Source: an uncultured Desulfonema sp. (GTDB lineage Bacteria > Desulfobacterota > Desulfobacteria > Desulfobacterales > RPRI01). From it: a stretch of 24,000 nt of DNA. The notes below the pieces were generated by a model, which was given only the letters and a program-made list of their open reading frames with translations, was not told the origin of the DNA and ran no database searches. Below are positions 16,848-24,000 of this stretch, piece after piece. The DNA lies in contig CAYODW010000016.1 in NCBI GenBank assembly GCA_964402865.1, forward strand, positions 1-24,000. The letters are read 5' to 3'. The translations under genes and the position numbers were made by a program. Each line of letters starts with the position of its first letter. Positions within the stretch are counted from its first letter, which is position 1.

Positions 16848-17993
16848 TCATTTTGCGGCCTTTCCTACCACATTCTTTCCAAATTTTTTCACAATATCGT
16901 CAAGAGCTCTGTCCACCTTTTCCCACTTGCCGTTCTCCTTTTTCTCTTCATCAAACAGGTTTATCTGTAAAGGAACGGAAGCGGGAATAAGCCCGCTCAC
17001 TCCTACACCTATTAACCTTACCTCTTTATTAAGTTCATAAGAATTAAGAAGCGCTGCTGCTTCTTTATATATGGCCCGCGAAGAGTGTGTGGGTGATTTA
17101 ACAGTAATGCTCCGGGTGGACTGTCTGAAATCGGCATCTTTTATTTTAAGCACAACGGTCTTTGCCATTAATTTCTTGCCCCTGAGCTGCTTCCCGATAT
17201 CTTCAGCATGTGCGAGAAGATACTTATTCAGAAATATTTTGTCGCACGTATTTTTTTCAAGAGTTGTTTCGCAGCTTATGGATTTGCTGCGGCTGAGTGG
17301 TACAATAGGGGAATTATCAGAACCGGTCGAAAGCTCAAGGAGCCTGTAACCATATTTTCCAAATCTTTTTATAAGCATCTCCGCGGGATATTTCTTGACA
17401 TCACCAAGCAATTTAATCCCTGTTTTTTCAAACTCTTTAAATGTCGCCTTTCCTACTCCAGGAACTTTCCCGATTGGAATAGATTCCGCAAATAGTAGAG
17501 CCTGTTCAGGCATTATTATGGTTAAACCATCAGGCTTATTAATGTCGGAAGCTATTTTGGCAAGGAACTTGTTAGGCGCAATACCGATGGAACAGCCAAG
17601 GCATACCGTATCTCTTATTTTTTTTTTAATGGATGAACCGATTGTTTCAGGATCACCATGCAGCCTTTCACATCCGGATATATCCATATAGGATTCATCA
17701 ATGGAAACAGGCTCAACTAGCGGTGAAAATTCTTCCAGTAAAGCCATTATCTTTTCTGAAATTTCGGAATACCTTCCCATTCGCGGGTGAAGAAATACAC
17801 CATCAGGACATTTTTGTCTCGCCAGATACATGGGCATTGCCGAATGAACCCCGAACTTTCTTGCTTCATAACTTGCCGCAGAAACAACACCGCGCCCGGA
17901 CAGCCCGCCAACGATAACGCACCTGCCCTTCAGATTATTATCAAGCTGTTCCACTGATGCGAAAAATGCATCCATATCAATATGAAGGATCAT
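16848..17993 (-). CDS. dinB: DNA polymerase IV (Y-family translesion polymerase)
   Basis: 381 aa. MILHIDMDAFFASVEQ and SIDESYMD are catalytic-carboxylate motifs, and GKVPGVGK is helix-hairpin-helix-like. Confidence 0.92.
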   Translation of the reverse strand: MILHIDMDAFFASVEQLDNNLKGRCVIVGGLSGRGVVSAASYEARKFGVHSAMPMYLARQKCPDGVFLHPRMGRYSEISEKIMALLEEFSPLVEPVSIDESYMDISGCERLHGDPETIGSSIKKKIRDTVCLGCSIGIAPNKFLAKIASDINKPDGLTIIMPEQALLFAESIPIGKVPGVGKATFKEFEKTGIKLLGDVKKYPAEMLIKRFGKYGYRLLELSTGSDNSPIVPLSRSKSISCETTLEKNTCDKIFLNKYLLAHAEDIGKQLRGKKLMAKTVVLKIKDADFRQSTRSITVKSPTHSSRAIYKEAAALLNSYELNKEVRLIGVGVSGLIPASVPLQINLFDEEKKENGKWEKVDRALDDIVKKFGKNVVGKAAK

Positions 17994-18030
17994 TGATCAT
18001 ATTTCCCTGACAAGAAAGCTTGCTATTTAT

Positions 18031-18056
18031 TACAAATTTGTATTATTATACAAATT
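18031..18056. promoter_or_regulatory. Overlapping AT-rich palindromes upstream of dinB; candidate repressor operator, possibly SOS-type
   Basis: AATTTGTAT-N4-ATACAAATT (18035-18056) has perfect 9-nt arms. It overlaps the 12-nt palindrome TACAAATTTGTA (18031-18042). It contains TTGT-N8-ACAA (18038-18053) and, on the dinB strand, a TATAAT hexamer. It lies 38-63 nt upstream of the dinB ATG. Confidence 0.4.
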
Positions 18057-18179
18057 ACTATGGATGGACTCGCAAAAAGCGATTTTATGCCGTGAACGGC
18101 AGCCTATTACCTTTAGAACATACCGGATTATATCATAAGTGGAAAGAATTTAAACTCTGTAAAATTTGATTGATAATCA

Positions 18180-19703
18180 ATGAAAACAATAGAAGATATT
18201 ACCCTGCTTTACGAAATCAGCAATGCCTTGAATGAACACCTTGATCTCAAGAAATCGCTGTACAAGGTCCTTGATATACTGTCCAGTTCTCTGAATATGG
18301 TTCGGGGAACCATAACCATTCTCAACCCGTTGCGTAATGAAATTCACATAGAGGTGGCACACGGAATCTCGCGGAATATAGTCGAAAATGTGAAATATAA
18401 ACTGGGAGAAGGAATTACGGGTCGCGTTATTCAAACAGGCAAAGATGTTGCCATTGCTAAAATCAGCCAGGAACCTCTTTTTCTCAACCGGACTGCCTCT
18501 CGCAAAGCTTCGAATAAACAGGAACTTTCGTTTATTTGTGTTCCTGTGAAAAAGGGGGATCATGTAATCGGAGCCCTAAGCGTGGACAGGCCTTATGACC
18601 CGAATTACCCCCTTAAAGAAGGTAAAAAACTGCTTTCTGTTATTGCGACAATGATAGCAAGACATGTCATAAATCTGGAAATAATCAGCCTGGAGAAGGA
18701 ACAGCTGAAAAATGAAAACAGAAGATTAAGAAGCGAGCTTGAGAACAGATACAGCGTAACAAATATTATCGGAAACAGCAGCAGGATGCGTGAAGTATAT
18801 CAGATGATTTCTCAAGTCTCGAAAAGTAACGCAACTGTTCTTTTAAGAGGTGAAAGCGGAACAGGCAAAGAGCTCGTTGCGAATTCAATACATTACAACA
18901 GTAATAGAGCCAAGGGACCATTTATCAAGGTAAATTGTGCGGCTCTTCCCTCGAACCTTATCGAAAGCGAGCTCTTCGGGCATGAAAAAGGATCTTTTAC
19001 GGGCGCAATTAAACTGAAACTCGGAAAATTCGAGCTTGCCGATAAAGGGACTCTTTTTCTCGATGAAATAGGATCTGTAAATCTCGACGTTCAGGTAAAT
19101 CTTCTGCGTGTTCTTCAGGAAAAGGAATTTGAAAGGATCGGAGGTCAGAAAACAATAAAAACAGATGTGCGCATTATAACCGCGACCAATAAAAATCTTG
19201 AGCAGGCGGTTGATGAAGGCACTTTCAGAGGAGATCTCTATTATCGCCTGAATGTTTTTCCCATTTATATGCCGCCGCTAAGGGAAAGAAAAACAGATAT
19301 CCTGCTTCTAGCAGATTACTTTCTGGAAAAATACGCACATGAAAACAATAAGGATATAAAGCGATTTTCAACCCCTTCAATAGATATGATGATGGCTTAT
19401 CACTGGCCCGGGAATGTGCGTGAGCTTGAAAACTGCATTGAACGGGCGGTTTTATTGTGTGAAGAAGGAGTTATTCACAGCTACCATCTTCCGCCGACCC
19501 TGCAGACAGGTTCTGAATCCGGAACAATGCCAACTCTTTCACTTGATGATGCAGTTGCAACCCTTGAAAAGGAAAAGATTATTGATGCTCTGAAAAATAC
19601 GAGGGGAAACAGCGCCCAGGCAGCAAAAATTATGAAAACAACCATCAGGAAGTTCAACTATAAAGCAAAAAAATATAATATCGACTTTCACCAGTACCGT
19701 TAG
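18180..19703 (+). CDS. Sigma-54-dependent transcriptional activator (GAF sensor, AAA+ domain and Fis-type HTH; NifA-like architecture)
   Basis: 507 aa with an N-terminal GAF-like domain. The AAA+ domain has Walker A GESGTGKE, the sigma-54 contact loop GSFTGA (a GAFTGA variant), [10 protein letters not shown] and LFLDEIG. The C-terminal HTH reads [24 protein letters not shown]. Confidence 0.9.
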   Translation: MKTIEDITLLYEISNALNEHLDLKKSLYKVLDILSSSLNMVRGTITILNPLRNEIHIEVAHGISRNIVENVKYKLGEGITGRVIQTGKDVAIAKISQEPLFLNRTASRKASNKQELSFICVPVKKGDHVIGALSVDRPYDPNYPLKEGKKLLSVIATMIARHVINLEIISLEKEQLKNENRRLRSELENRYSVTNIIGNSSRMREVYQMISQVSKSNATVLLRGESGTGKELVANSIHYNSNRAKGPFIKVNCAALPSNLIESELFGHEKGSFTGAIKLKLGKFELADKGTLFLDEIGSVNLDVQVNLLRVLQEKEFERIGGQKTIKTDVRIITATNKNLEQAVDEGTFRGDLYYRLNVFPIYMPPLRERKTDILLLADYFLEKYAHENNKDIKRFSTPSIDMMMAYHWPGNVRELENCIERAVLLCEEGVIHSYHLPPTLQTGSESGTMPTLSLDDAVATLEKEKIIDALKNTRGNSAQAAKIMKTTIRKFNYKAKKYNIDFHQYR

Positions 19704-19905
19704 AATAACTGAACAGAAGATACCTTTCTCCGCTCTTCGGATAATCGGAAGGCGGTAATTGCACCAAGAAGAGTGAGTGTGAATAATTCTGATTGCAGAT
19801 TTCAATGCCGACGATCGAAAACATTCCAATGCCTTACAAGGCAAGCTCTGCACAGACGTTCCCTAAACACTTAGCTGCCGGTATTACCGGGAAGGAAATT
19901 AGTTT

Positions 19906-20274
19906 ATGCAATTCACTTTTGCGCACAACAACTTTAATGTATTGAATTTGGAAAAAAGCCTCGATTTCTACAAAAAGGCGCTGCAACTGACTGAAGCCAG
20001 AAGGCGCGTGGCGCCGGATGGTAGTTTTATCCTTGTTTTCTTAAGCGATGGTCATATGACGCACCAGCTCGAATTAACCTGGCTCAGGGATAGGCAGGAA
20101 CCATACAATCTCGGTGATAACGAATTTCATCTGGCCTTTATGGTTGACGATTTTGCGGGCGCCCATGCCCTGCATGAAAAAATGGGTTGTATCTGTTATG
20201 AAAACAAAGCCATGGGGATCTATTTTATAAATGATCCGGACGATTACTGGATCGAAATTGTCCCCAAGAGATGA
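19906..20274 (+). CDS. VOC-family protein, small glyoxalase I (lactoylglutathione lyase)-like
   Basis: 122 aa. FAHNNFNVLNLEKSLDFYKKALQL...ELTW...NEFHLAF...YWIEIV follows the single-domain glyoxalase I pattern. Confidence 0.75.
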   Translation: MQFTFAHNNFNVLNLEKSLDFYKKALQLTEARRRVAPDGSFILVFLSDGHMTHQLELTWLRDRQEPYNLGDNEFHLAFMVDDFAGAHALHEKMGCICYENKAMGIYFINDPDDYWIEIVPKR

Positions 20275-20289
20275 TGTGGATGGGTGGCA

Positions 20290-21639
20290 TTATAAAAATT
20301 GCAATTCCAACTCCCTGCGTATCTTGTAAGCGTGAGTCGTCGTATCCACTGCAACATCATTCCAGCAGAGTGATTGACCTTCTTTGACCGTACGAATGAC
20401 TTTTATGTCATGCGCGAGTCCCAGCGGTAAGCCGCCCATCGCGACCGATCTATTAACCGGTAATAATTTCCCCCAAACAGTGTACCCACCTTCACCGTCG
20501 AGGATAGTCCCTGCCTTCAGATCGCTTTTGGCGGTTGCAACCACATCGGCATTCCAGCTATGTGCGACTCCCGTGGCTTCTTTACGTAATGCGACACTCG
20601 CCACCGACATGCCGACTTCCAGGCCAATCAGATGCCAGCGTTTATAGAGTGTGAAATATCGACCGCTCGGATCCGTATGGGCATTGTATTCTTCAAAACA
20701 GTTTTTAATGTATTCCGTTTCCGCTTCAACTGTCACCCACACACCCATACGGATGTCATATGGAATCTTTCTACCATCCGCCTCAAGCGAGGATATAACT
20801 TCGACCATCCCTTTTTTCTCAAGAACACCACCTTCAGAAACAGGTCGTGTGACATAAGGAATATCTTCAATACCGGCAGGTGGGTACAGGAGCCCATTGC
20901 TGGGTACCGATAGACCGGTGGCATTCGCAACCGCGGCGCACTCAATGGAAGGCTTGGAGCCATCAAGGAAACTGTTGAACATCTTTGGATTCAAACCGCC
21001 GCGCCGGGCTTGTTCCGGCGTTAGCCCGTAATAGCCCCAAACGGTATCAGGTGTGGATTCAGAAAAGTGGGGCAGCCATTTATGACCACGACCGGCAGCT
21101 ACGACAGGAAAACCGCACGTTCTTGCCCAGTCCACCAGATCACAAATCAATGCCGGCTGATCTCCGAATGCCAATGAATAGACAACCCCCGCTTCAGCAG
21201 CTTTCCGGGCGAGCAGGGGGCCACAAAAGGCATCTGCTTCAACAGTCACGTTGACAACGTGTTTGTTATAATTGAAAGCGAGCAGGCAGTGATCGACAGC
21301 AGCAATAGGGTGCCCCGTACATTCAACTATAACGTCAATTGCCGGGTGTTTGACAAGCGCTTCCCAATCTTCTGAAATACAGGTGAATCCAGTTTTAAGC
21401 GCTTTGTCTAATGATGCGGCATTGAATTGCTGATCCTTCCATCCGACTCGCGCCAGATTGCGCTTAGCGCCGGCGGGAGAGAGATCTGCGATACCGACTA
21501 GGTGAACGCCGGGGGTATTCGGGAGTTGTGCCAGGTACATCGAGCCGAACTTGCCGGCACCTATGAGGCCAACGCGTATGGCTTTATTATTGGCGGCGAG
21601 TTGTTGCAGTTTTTCATGAAGACTCAATACGGTCACCAT
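20290..21639 (-). CDS. NAD(P)-binding oxidoreductase with a C-terminal SAF domain (homoserine-dehydrogenase-like family of unknown substrate)
   Basis: The Rossmann motif RVGLIGAGKFGS lies near the N-terminus. The C-terminal part (DLKAGTILDGEGGYTVWGKL) looks SAF-like. The ORF track start (21711) is a TTG that coincides with a -35 hexamer; I chose the ATG at 21639 (MVTVLSLHEKL). Confidence 0.7.
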   Translation of the reverse strand: MVTVLSLHEKLQQLAANNKAIRVGLIGAGKFGSMYLAQLPNTPGVHLVGIADLSPAGAKRNLARVGWKDQQFNAASLDKALKTGFTCISEDWEALVKHPAIDVIVECTGHPIAAVDHCLLAFNYNKHVVNVTVEADAFCGPLLARKAAEAGVVYSLAFGDQPALICDLVDWARTCGFPVVAAGRGHKWLPHFSESTPDTVWGYYGLTPEQARRGGLNPKMFNSFLDGSKPSIECAAVANATGLSVPSNGLLYPPAGIEDIPYVTRPVSEGGVLEKKGMVEVISSLEADGRKIPYDIRMGVWVTVEAETEYIKNCFEEYNAHTDPSGRYFTLYKRWHLIGLEVGMSVASVALRKEATGVAHSWNADVVATAKSDLKAGTILDGEGGYTVWGKLLPVNRSVAMGGLPLGLAHDIKVIRTVKEGQSLCWNDVAVDTTTHAYKIRRELELQFL

Positions 21640-21682
21640 TGTTATGTATAGGTAATGATGGTAATAACTTGTGTCTGCCGTG

Positions 21683-21711
21683 AGTATAGGCGGAACTATT
21701 ACGGGAGTCAA
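21683..21711 (-). promoter_or_regulatory. Sigma-70-type promoter candidate for the SAF-domain oxidoreductase gene
   Basis: On the minus strand, TTGACT (21711-21706) is followed by a 17-nt spacer and TATACT (21688-21683), about 44 nt upstream of the ATG at 21639. Confidence 0.5.
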
Positions 21712-21812
21712 GAAAACTTATCGTAGCTGCCATTGAAGCTCCCCGCCGCATAGCAGAAGGGAAATGCGCTCGCTGTTTCGGTTCGATTTCACTCAACTTT
21801 GACGGCCTGCTT

Positions 21813-21848
21813 AAAATCTCGGCAGGAATTGCTATATTGCCGAGATCT
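21813..21848. promoter_or_regulatory. Inverted repeat in the 366-nt divergent intergenic region; candidate regulator binding site or RNA hairpin
   Basis: ATCTCGGCA (21816-21824) and TGCCGAGAT (21838-21846) are perfect 9-nt arms separated by 13 nt. Two further flanking base pairs follow after one mismatch. Confidence 0.4.
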
Positions 21849-22077
21849 TGAATTACACATGCAAGGCGGCATTATGCAGCAGGAACTTCTCAATTTTTTG
21901 TATATTTACAGAATATTAAGGGCTAAGTCAATAAACAACTGATAAAAGAATAAAATATCACTTGAAAGCCTTTGAATATTGTGTTAGGCGGGTCGTGGTT
22001 TTATTATATGCGAAAGACTCTTTTTATTGTTAATTTGAAGTGGATATTCCTTTCTACCAATCTGACGGGAGGCTGGT

Positions 22078-24000
22078 ATGATTGAGGCGGTTCTGTTTAT
22101 GCTGGGACTGGGGCTTGCTTGCAGTTCTTTATTGAGCGCGGCCTCCAAAATATTTTATGTGTATGAAGATCCAAGAATAGCTGAAGTTGAGGGGGTTCTC
22201 GCAGGCGCCAACTGCGGAGGTTGCGGTTTTGCGGGCTGCTCCGCGGCCGCGGGCGCAATTGTATATGGAAAAGCCACGCCCAGCGCTTGTATTGTCGGCG
22301 GAATGGAATCGGCCGTAAATGTTGCAAGAATTATGGGGTTAGATCCGGGAACGGCCGAGCCGAAAAAATCCCTTAACGAATGCAACGGAGGAGACAGGGC
22401 CGAAGATAAGTTTATCTATAACGGTATCACAAGCTGCAGGGCGATGTCGGCATATTACGGTGGAAAACGTCTTTGCCGTGTAGGCTGTATAGGATTTGGA
22501 GATTGCGTTGCTTCGTGCATGTTTAATGCCGTTCATATGGGACCGGACGGGTACCCGGTTGTTGATGAAGCAAAATGCGTCGGATGCGGGGCATGCGAAA
22601 AAGTCTGTCCGAAAGGCATCTTAAACGTTCGTTCAATGTCCGAGAGGCTTCTTCATTTCAACGCGGAAGACGACGCCCTTTCACCGTGCAGCCAGACATG
22701 TCCTGCCGAAATCAATATTCCGCAATACATATCGCAGATCGCGAGTCGTGATTTTTCCGGAGCCGTTAACACAATAAGGGATCGAAATCCACTTCTTCTT
22801 TCCTGTGGAAGAGTCTGCCCTCATCCCTGCGAATCCTATTGCCGGAGAGGAATTGAAGACGAGCCTGTATCCATCAATCAGTTGAAGCGCTTTGTTGCGG
22901 ACTATGAAATGAATTCAGGAAAGCGTCTTCCAATTCCATGCGCTCCATCTACCGGGAAAAAAGTGGCGGTTGTCGGTGGCGGACCGGCGGGCTTAAGCTG
23001 TGCATATTTCCTGAGACGGCTTGGCCATGATGTAACCATATTCGATATGATGCCGGAGCTGGGCGGCATGATCCGCTACGGTATTCCGGAGTATCGCCTT
23101 CCAAAAACCGTGCTGAAATGGGAGACGGACGGTATTCTGGCGCTGGGTATCGAGCATAGGCCCAACGTAAGGCTGGGAAAGGATTTTGGTATCGCATCTT
23201 TAAAAACCGAAGGATTTGACGCCGTTTTTCTCGGCATCGGCGCATGGAAGGACTACATGCTCGGGGCTGAAGGTGAAAACCTTGAAGGTTGCTACACCGG
23301 AATTGATTTTCTGACGCGGTTTGCAGAGCATCAGCAGGAAGGAAAGAAAATTGGATCTTTTACCATTGGCCGTAAATGCGTTGTAATCGGAGGTGGAAAT
23401 ACAGCTATAGACTGTGTCCGGACTCTGATCAGACTCGGAGCGGAAGAGGTTTATATTGTTTACCGCAGAACCCGGAGCGAGATGCCCGCCAATAAGGTTG
23501 AAATAGAAGCGGCTGAGCACGAAGGCGTGAAGTTTGTATTTCTTGCTGCGCCTGTCAAGGTAATTGCCGACCAGAACAATCGGGTATCCAAACTCGAATA
23601 TCTCAGGATGGAGCTTGGGGAACCGGATGCAAGCGGAAGACGTCGTCCCGTGCCGGTGAAAGGCTCTGAAACCTGTATTGATACCGATATGATTATTTCC
23701 GCCATAGGCCAGGGGCCTAACGTTTCATTTATAAATGACGATGAAGTAATAAAAGAATTGAAAATTACCAGGTGGAGTACGATAGATGCCGACCCTGAAA
23801 CTTTACAGTCAAGCATCCCTTATGTTTTTACGGCAGGAGACGCGTTTACCGGGGCTTCACTGGTTATTGAGGCAATCGGAGGAGGGAGAAGGGCGGCCCG
23901 GGCAATTCACCTCTATCTGACGGGAGAGGAAGTTACACCTGTCCCAAAATCTTTAAGGAAAAAGCATATCCGGGAATCTCTTTTTACTTCCGTTGAAGGG
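22078..24000 (+). CDS. Fusion protein, 3'-truncated by the window edge: RnfB-like membrane-anchored Fe-S domain plus a GltD-like NAD(P)H-dependent flavoprotein (glutamate synthase small-subunit family)
   Basis: Absent from the ORF track because there is no stop in the window. Hand translation from ATG 22078 (GGGAGG at 22067-22072) to 24000 shows no stop over 641 codons. It reads MIEAVLFMLGLGLACSSLL (TM helix), ANCGGCGFAGC (RnfB-type cluster), CIGFGDCVASC and CVGCGACEKVCP (ferredoxin clusters), CSQTCP...CGRVCPHPCESYC (GltD N-terminal cluster), VAVVGGGPAGL (FAD) and VVIGGGNTAIDC (NADPH). Confidence 0.85.
   Translation, partial: MIEAVLFMLGLGLACSSLLSAASKIFYVYEDPRIAEVEGVLAGANCGGCGFAGCSAAAGAIVYGKATPSACIVGGMESAVNVARIMGLDPGTAEPKKSLNECNGGDRAEDKFIYNGITSCRAMSAYYGGKRLCRVGCIGFGDCVASCMFNAVHMGPDGYPVVDEAKCVGCGACEKVCPKGILNVRSMSERLLHFNAEDDALSPCSQTCPAEINIPQYISQIASRDFSGAVNTIRDRNPLLLSCGRVCPHPCESYCRRGIEDEPVSINQLKRFVADYEMNSGKRLPIPCAPSTGKKVAVVGGGPAGLSCAYFLRRLGHDVTIFDMMPELGGMIRYGIPEYRLPKTVLKWETDGILALGIEHRPNVRLGKDFGIASLKTEGFDAVFLGIGAWKDYMLGAEGENLEGCYTGIDFLTRFAEHQQEGKKIGSFTIGRKCVVIGGGNTAIDCVRTLIRLGAEEVYIVYRRTRSEMPANKVEIEAAEHEGVKFVFLAAPVKVIADQNNRVSKLEYLRMELGEPDASGRRRPVPVKGSETCIDTDMIISAIGQGPNVSFINDDEVIKELKITRWSTIDADPETLQSSIPYVFTAGDAFTGASLVIEAIGGGRRAARAIHLYLTGEEVTPVPKSLRKKHIRESLFTSVEG

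Noticed and set aside
19730-19755. Hairpin after the sigma-54 activator stop (CCGC-T-CTTC ... GAAGGCGG, 8 bp with one bulge), considered as a possible terminator.
   Set aside because: It is followed by TAATTGCACC with no U-tract, so it is not a convincing intrinsic terminator. I left it unannotated.
21863-21878. Sigma-54 promoter look-alikes: AAGGCGGCATTATGCA here, AAGGCGGTAATTGCA at about 19750-19764, TCGGCAGGAATTGCT at about 21819-21833 and GTGGTTTTATTATATGC at about 21995-22011.
   Set aside because: Sigma-54 promoters require GG-N10-GC spacing. These have 9, 8, 8 and 11 nt respectively and poor matches to TGGCAC/TTGCW.
21859-21942. A 27-codon small ORF (MQGGIMQQELLNFLYIYRILRAKSINN) in the 366-nt spacer.
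   Set aside because: It has no Shine-Dalgarno sequence and no recognisable peptide family. An ORF of this length is expected by chance in AT-rich spacer.
22097-23816. Six minus-strand ORFs of 65-118 aa listed in the ORF track (22097-22327, 22155-22385, 22339-22536, 22949-23245, 23200-23520, 23460-23816).
   Set aside because: They are antisense shadows of the long open plus-strand RnfB/GltD frame, which has clear Fe-S and dinucleotide-binding motifs. The shadow translations are low-complexity, Pro/Arg/Ser-rich and lack motifs.
1-24000. A window-wide look for CRISPR arrays, tRNA/rRNA genes, transposases, integrases, toxin-antitoxin pairs and known defence-system genes.
   Set aside because: I saw none. 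There are no regularly spaced 25-40 nt direct repeats, no cloverleaf-compatible segments in the intergenic gaps, and no ORF with DDE/tyrosine-recombinase, nuclease-helicase or TA-like motifs. Every ORF over 100 aa not listed as a feature is an antisense shadow.

Overview
This window is mostly core genome. Single 60-nt lines hand-count to about 40-47% GC. Protein sequences and gene order resemble a sulfate-reducing deltaproteobacterium (Desulfobacterota); that taxon call is inference only. From left to right: (1) a tungsten-type aldehyde:ferredoxin oxidoreductase, followed by two uncharacterised genes (a glycine-zipper lipoprotein and a Zn-ribbon/HEAT-repeat protein). (2) A long, tightly packed minus-strand housekeeping operon, rplU-rpmA-obg-proB-proA-nadD-rsfS-gpmI (10542 down to 3740). 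(3) A beta-hydroxyacid dehydrogenase. (4) A minus-strand Mla phospholipid-transport operon, mlaE-mlaF-mlaD-mlaC-mlaA (15719 down to 11724), divergent from a lysophospholipase-like alpha/beta hydrolase. (5) dinB, divergent from a GAF-domain sigma-54 activator. (6) A GC-richer islet (about 57% in hand-counted lines) holding a small VOC/glyoxalase gene and an NAD-binding SAF-domain oxidoreductase. (7) An open-ended ORF that the ORF track misses because it has no stop in the window: an RnfB-like Fe-S N-terminus fused to a GltD-like NAD(P)H flavoprotein. I saw no rRNA, tRNA, CRISPR array, transposase, integrase or recognisable defence or toxin genes. The most unusual item is the MlaF ATPase. It carries a C-terminal extension of about 155 aa that reads as a degenerate GGDEF domain with an intact RxxD I-site, and the operon has no mlaB. 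This suggests c-di-GMP input into Mla lipid transport. Other second-look items are a 161-nt structured inverted-repeat element overlapping the gpmI stop codon, a palindromic SOS-like operator candidate at dinB, and the compositional islet. I do not see convincing evidence for a complete novel multi-gene system, and most of the window is ordinary.
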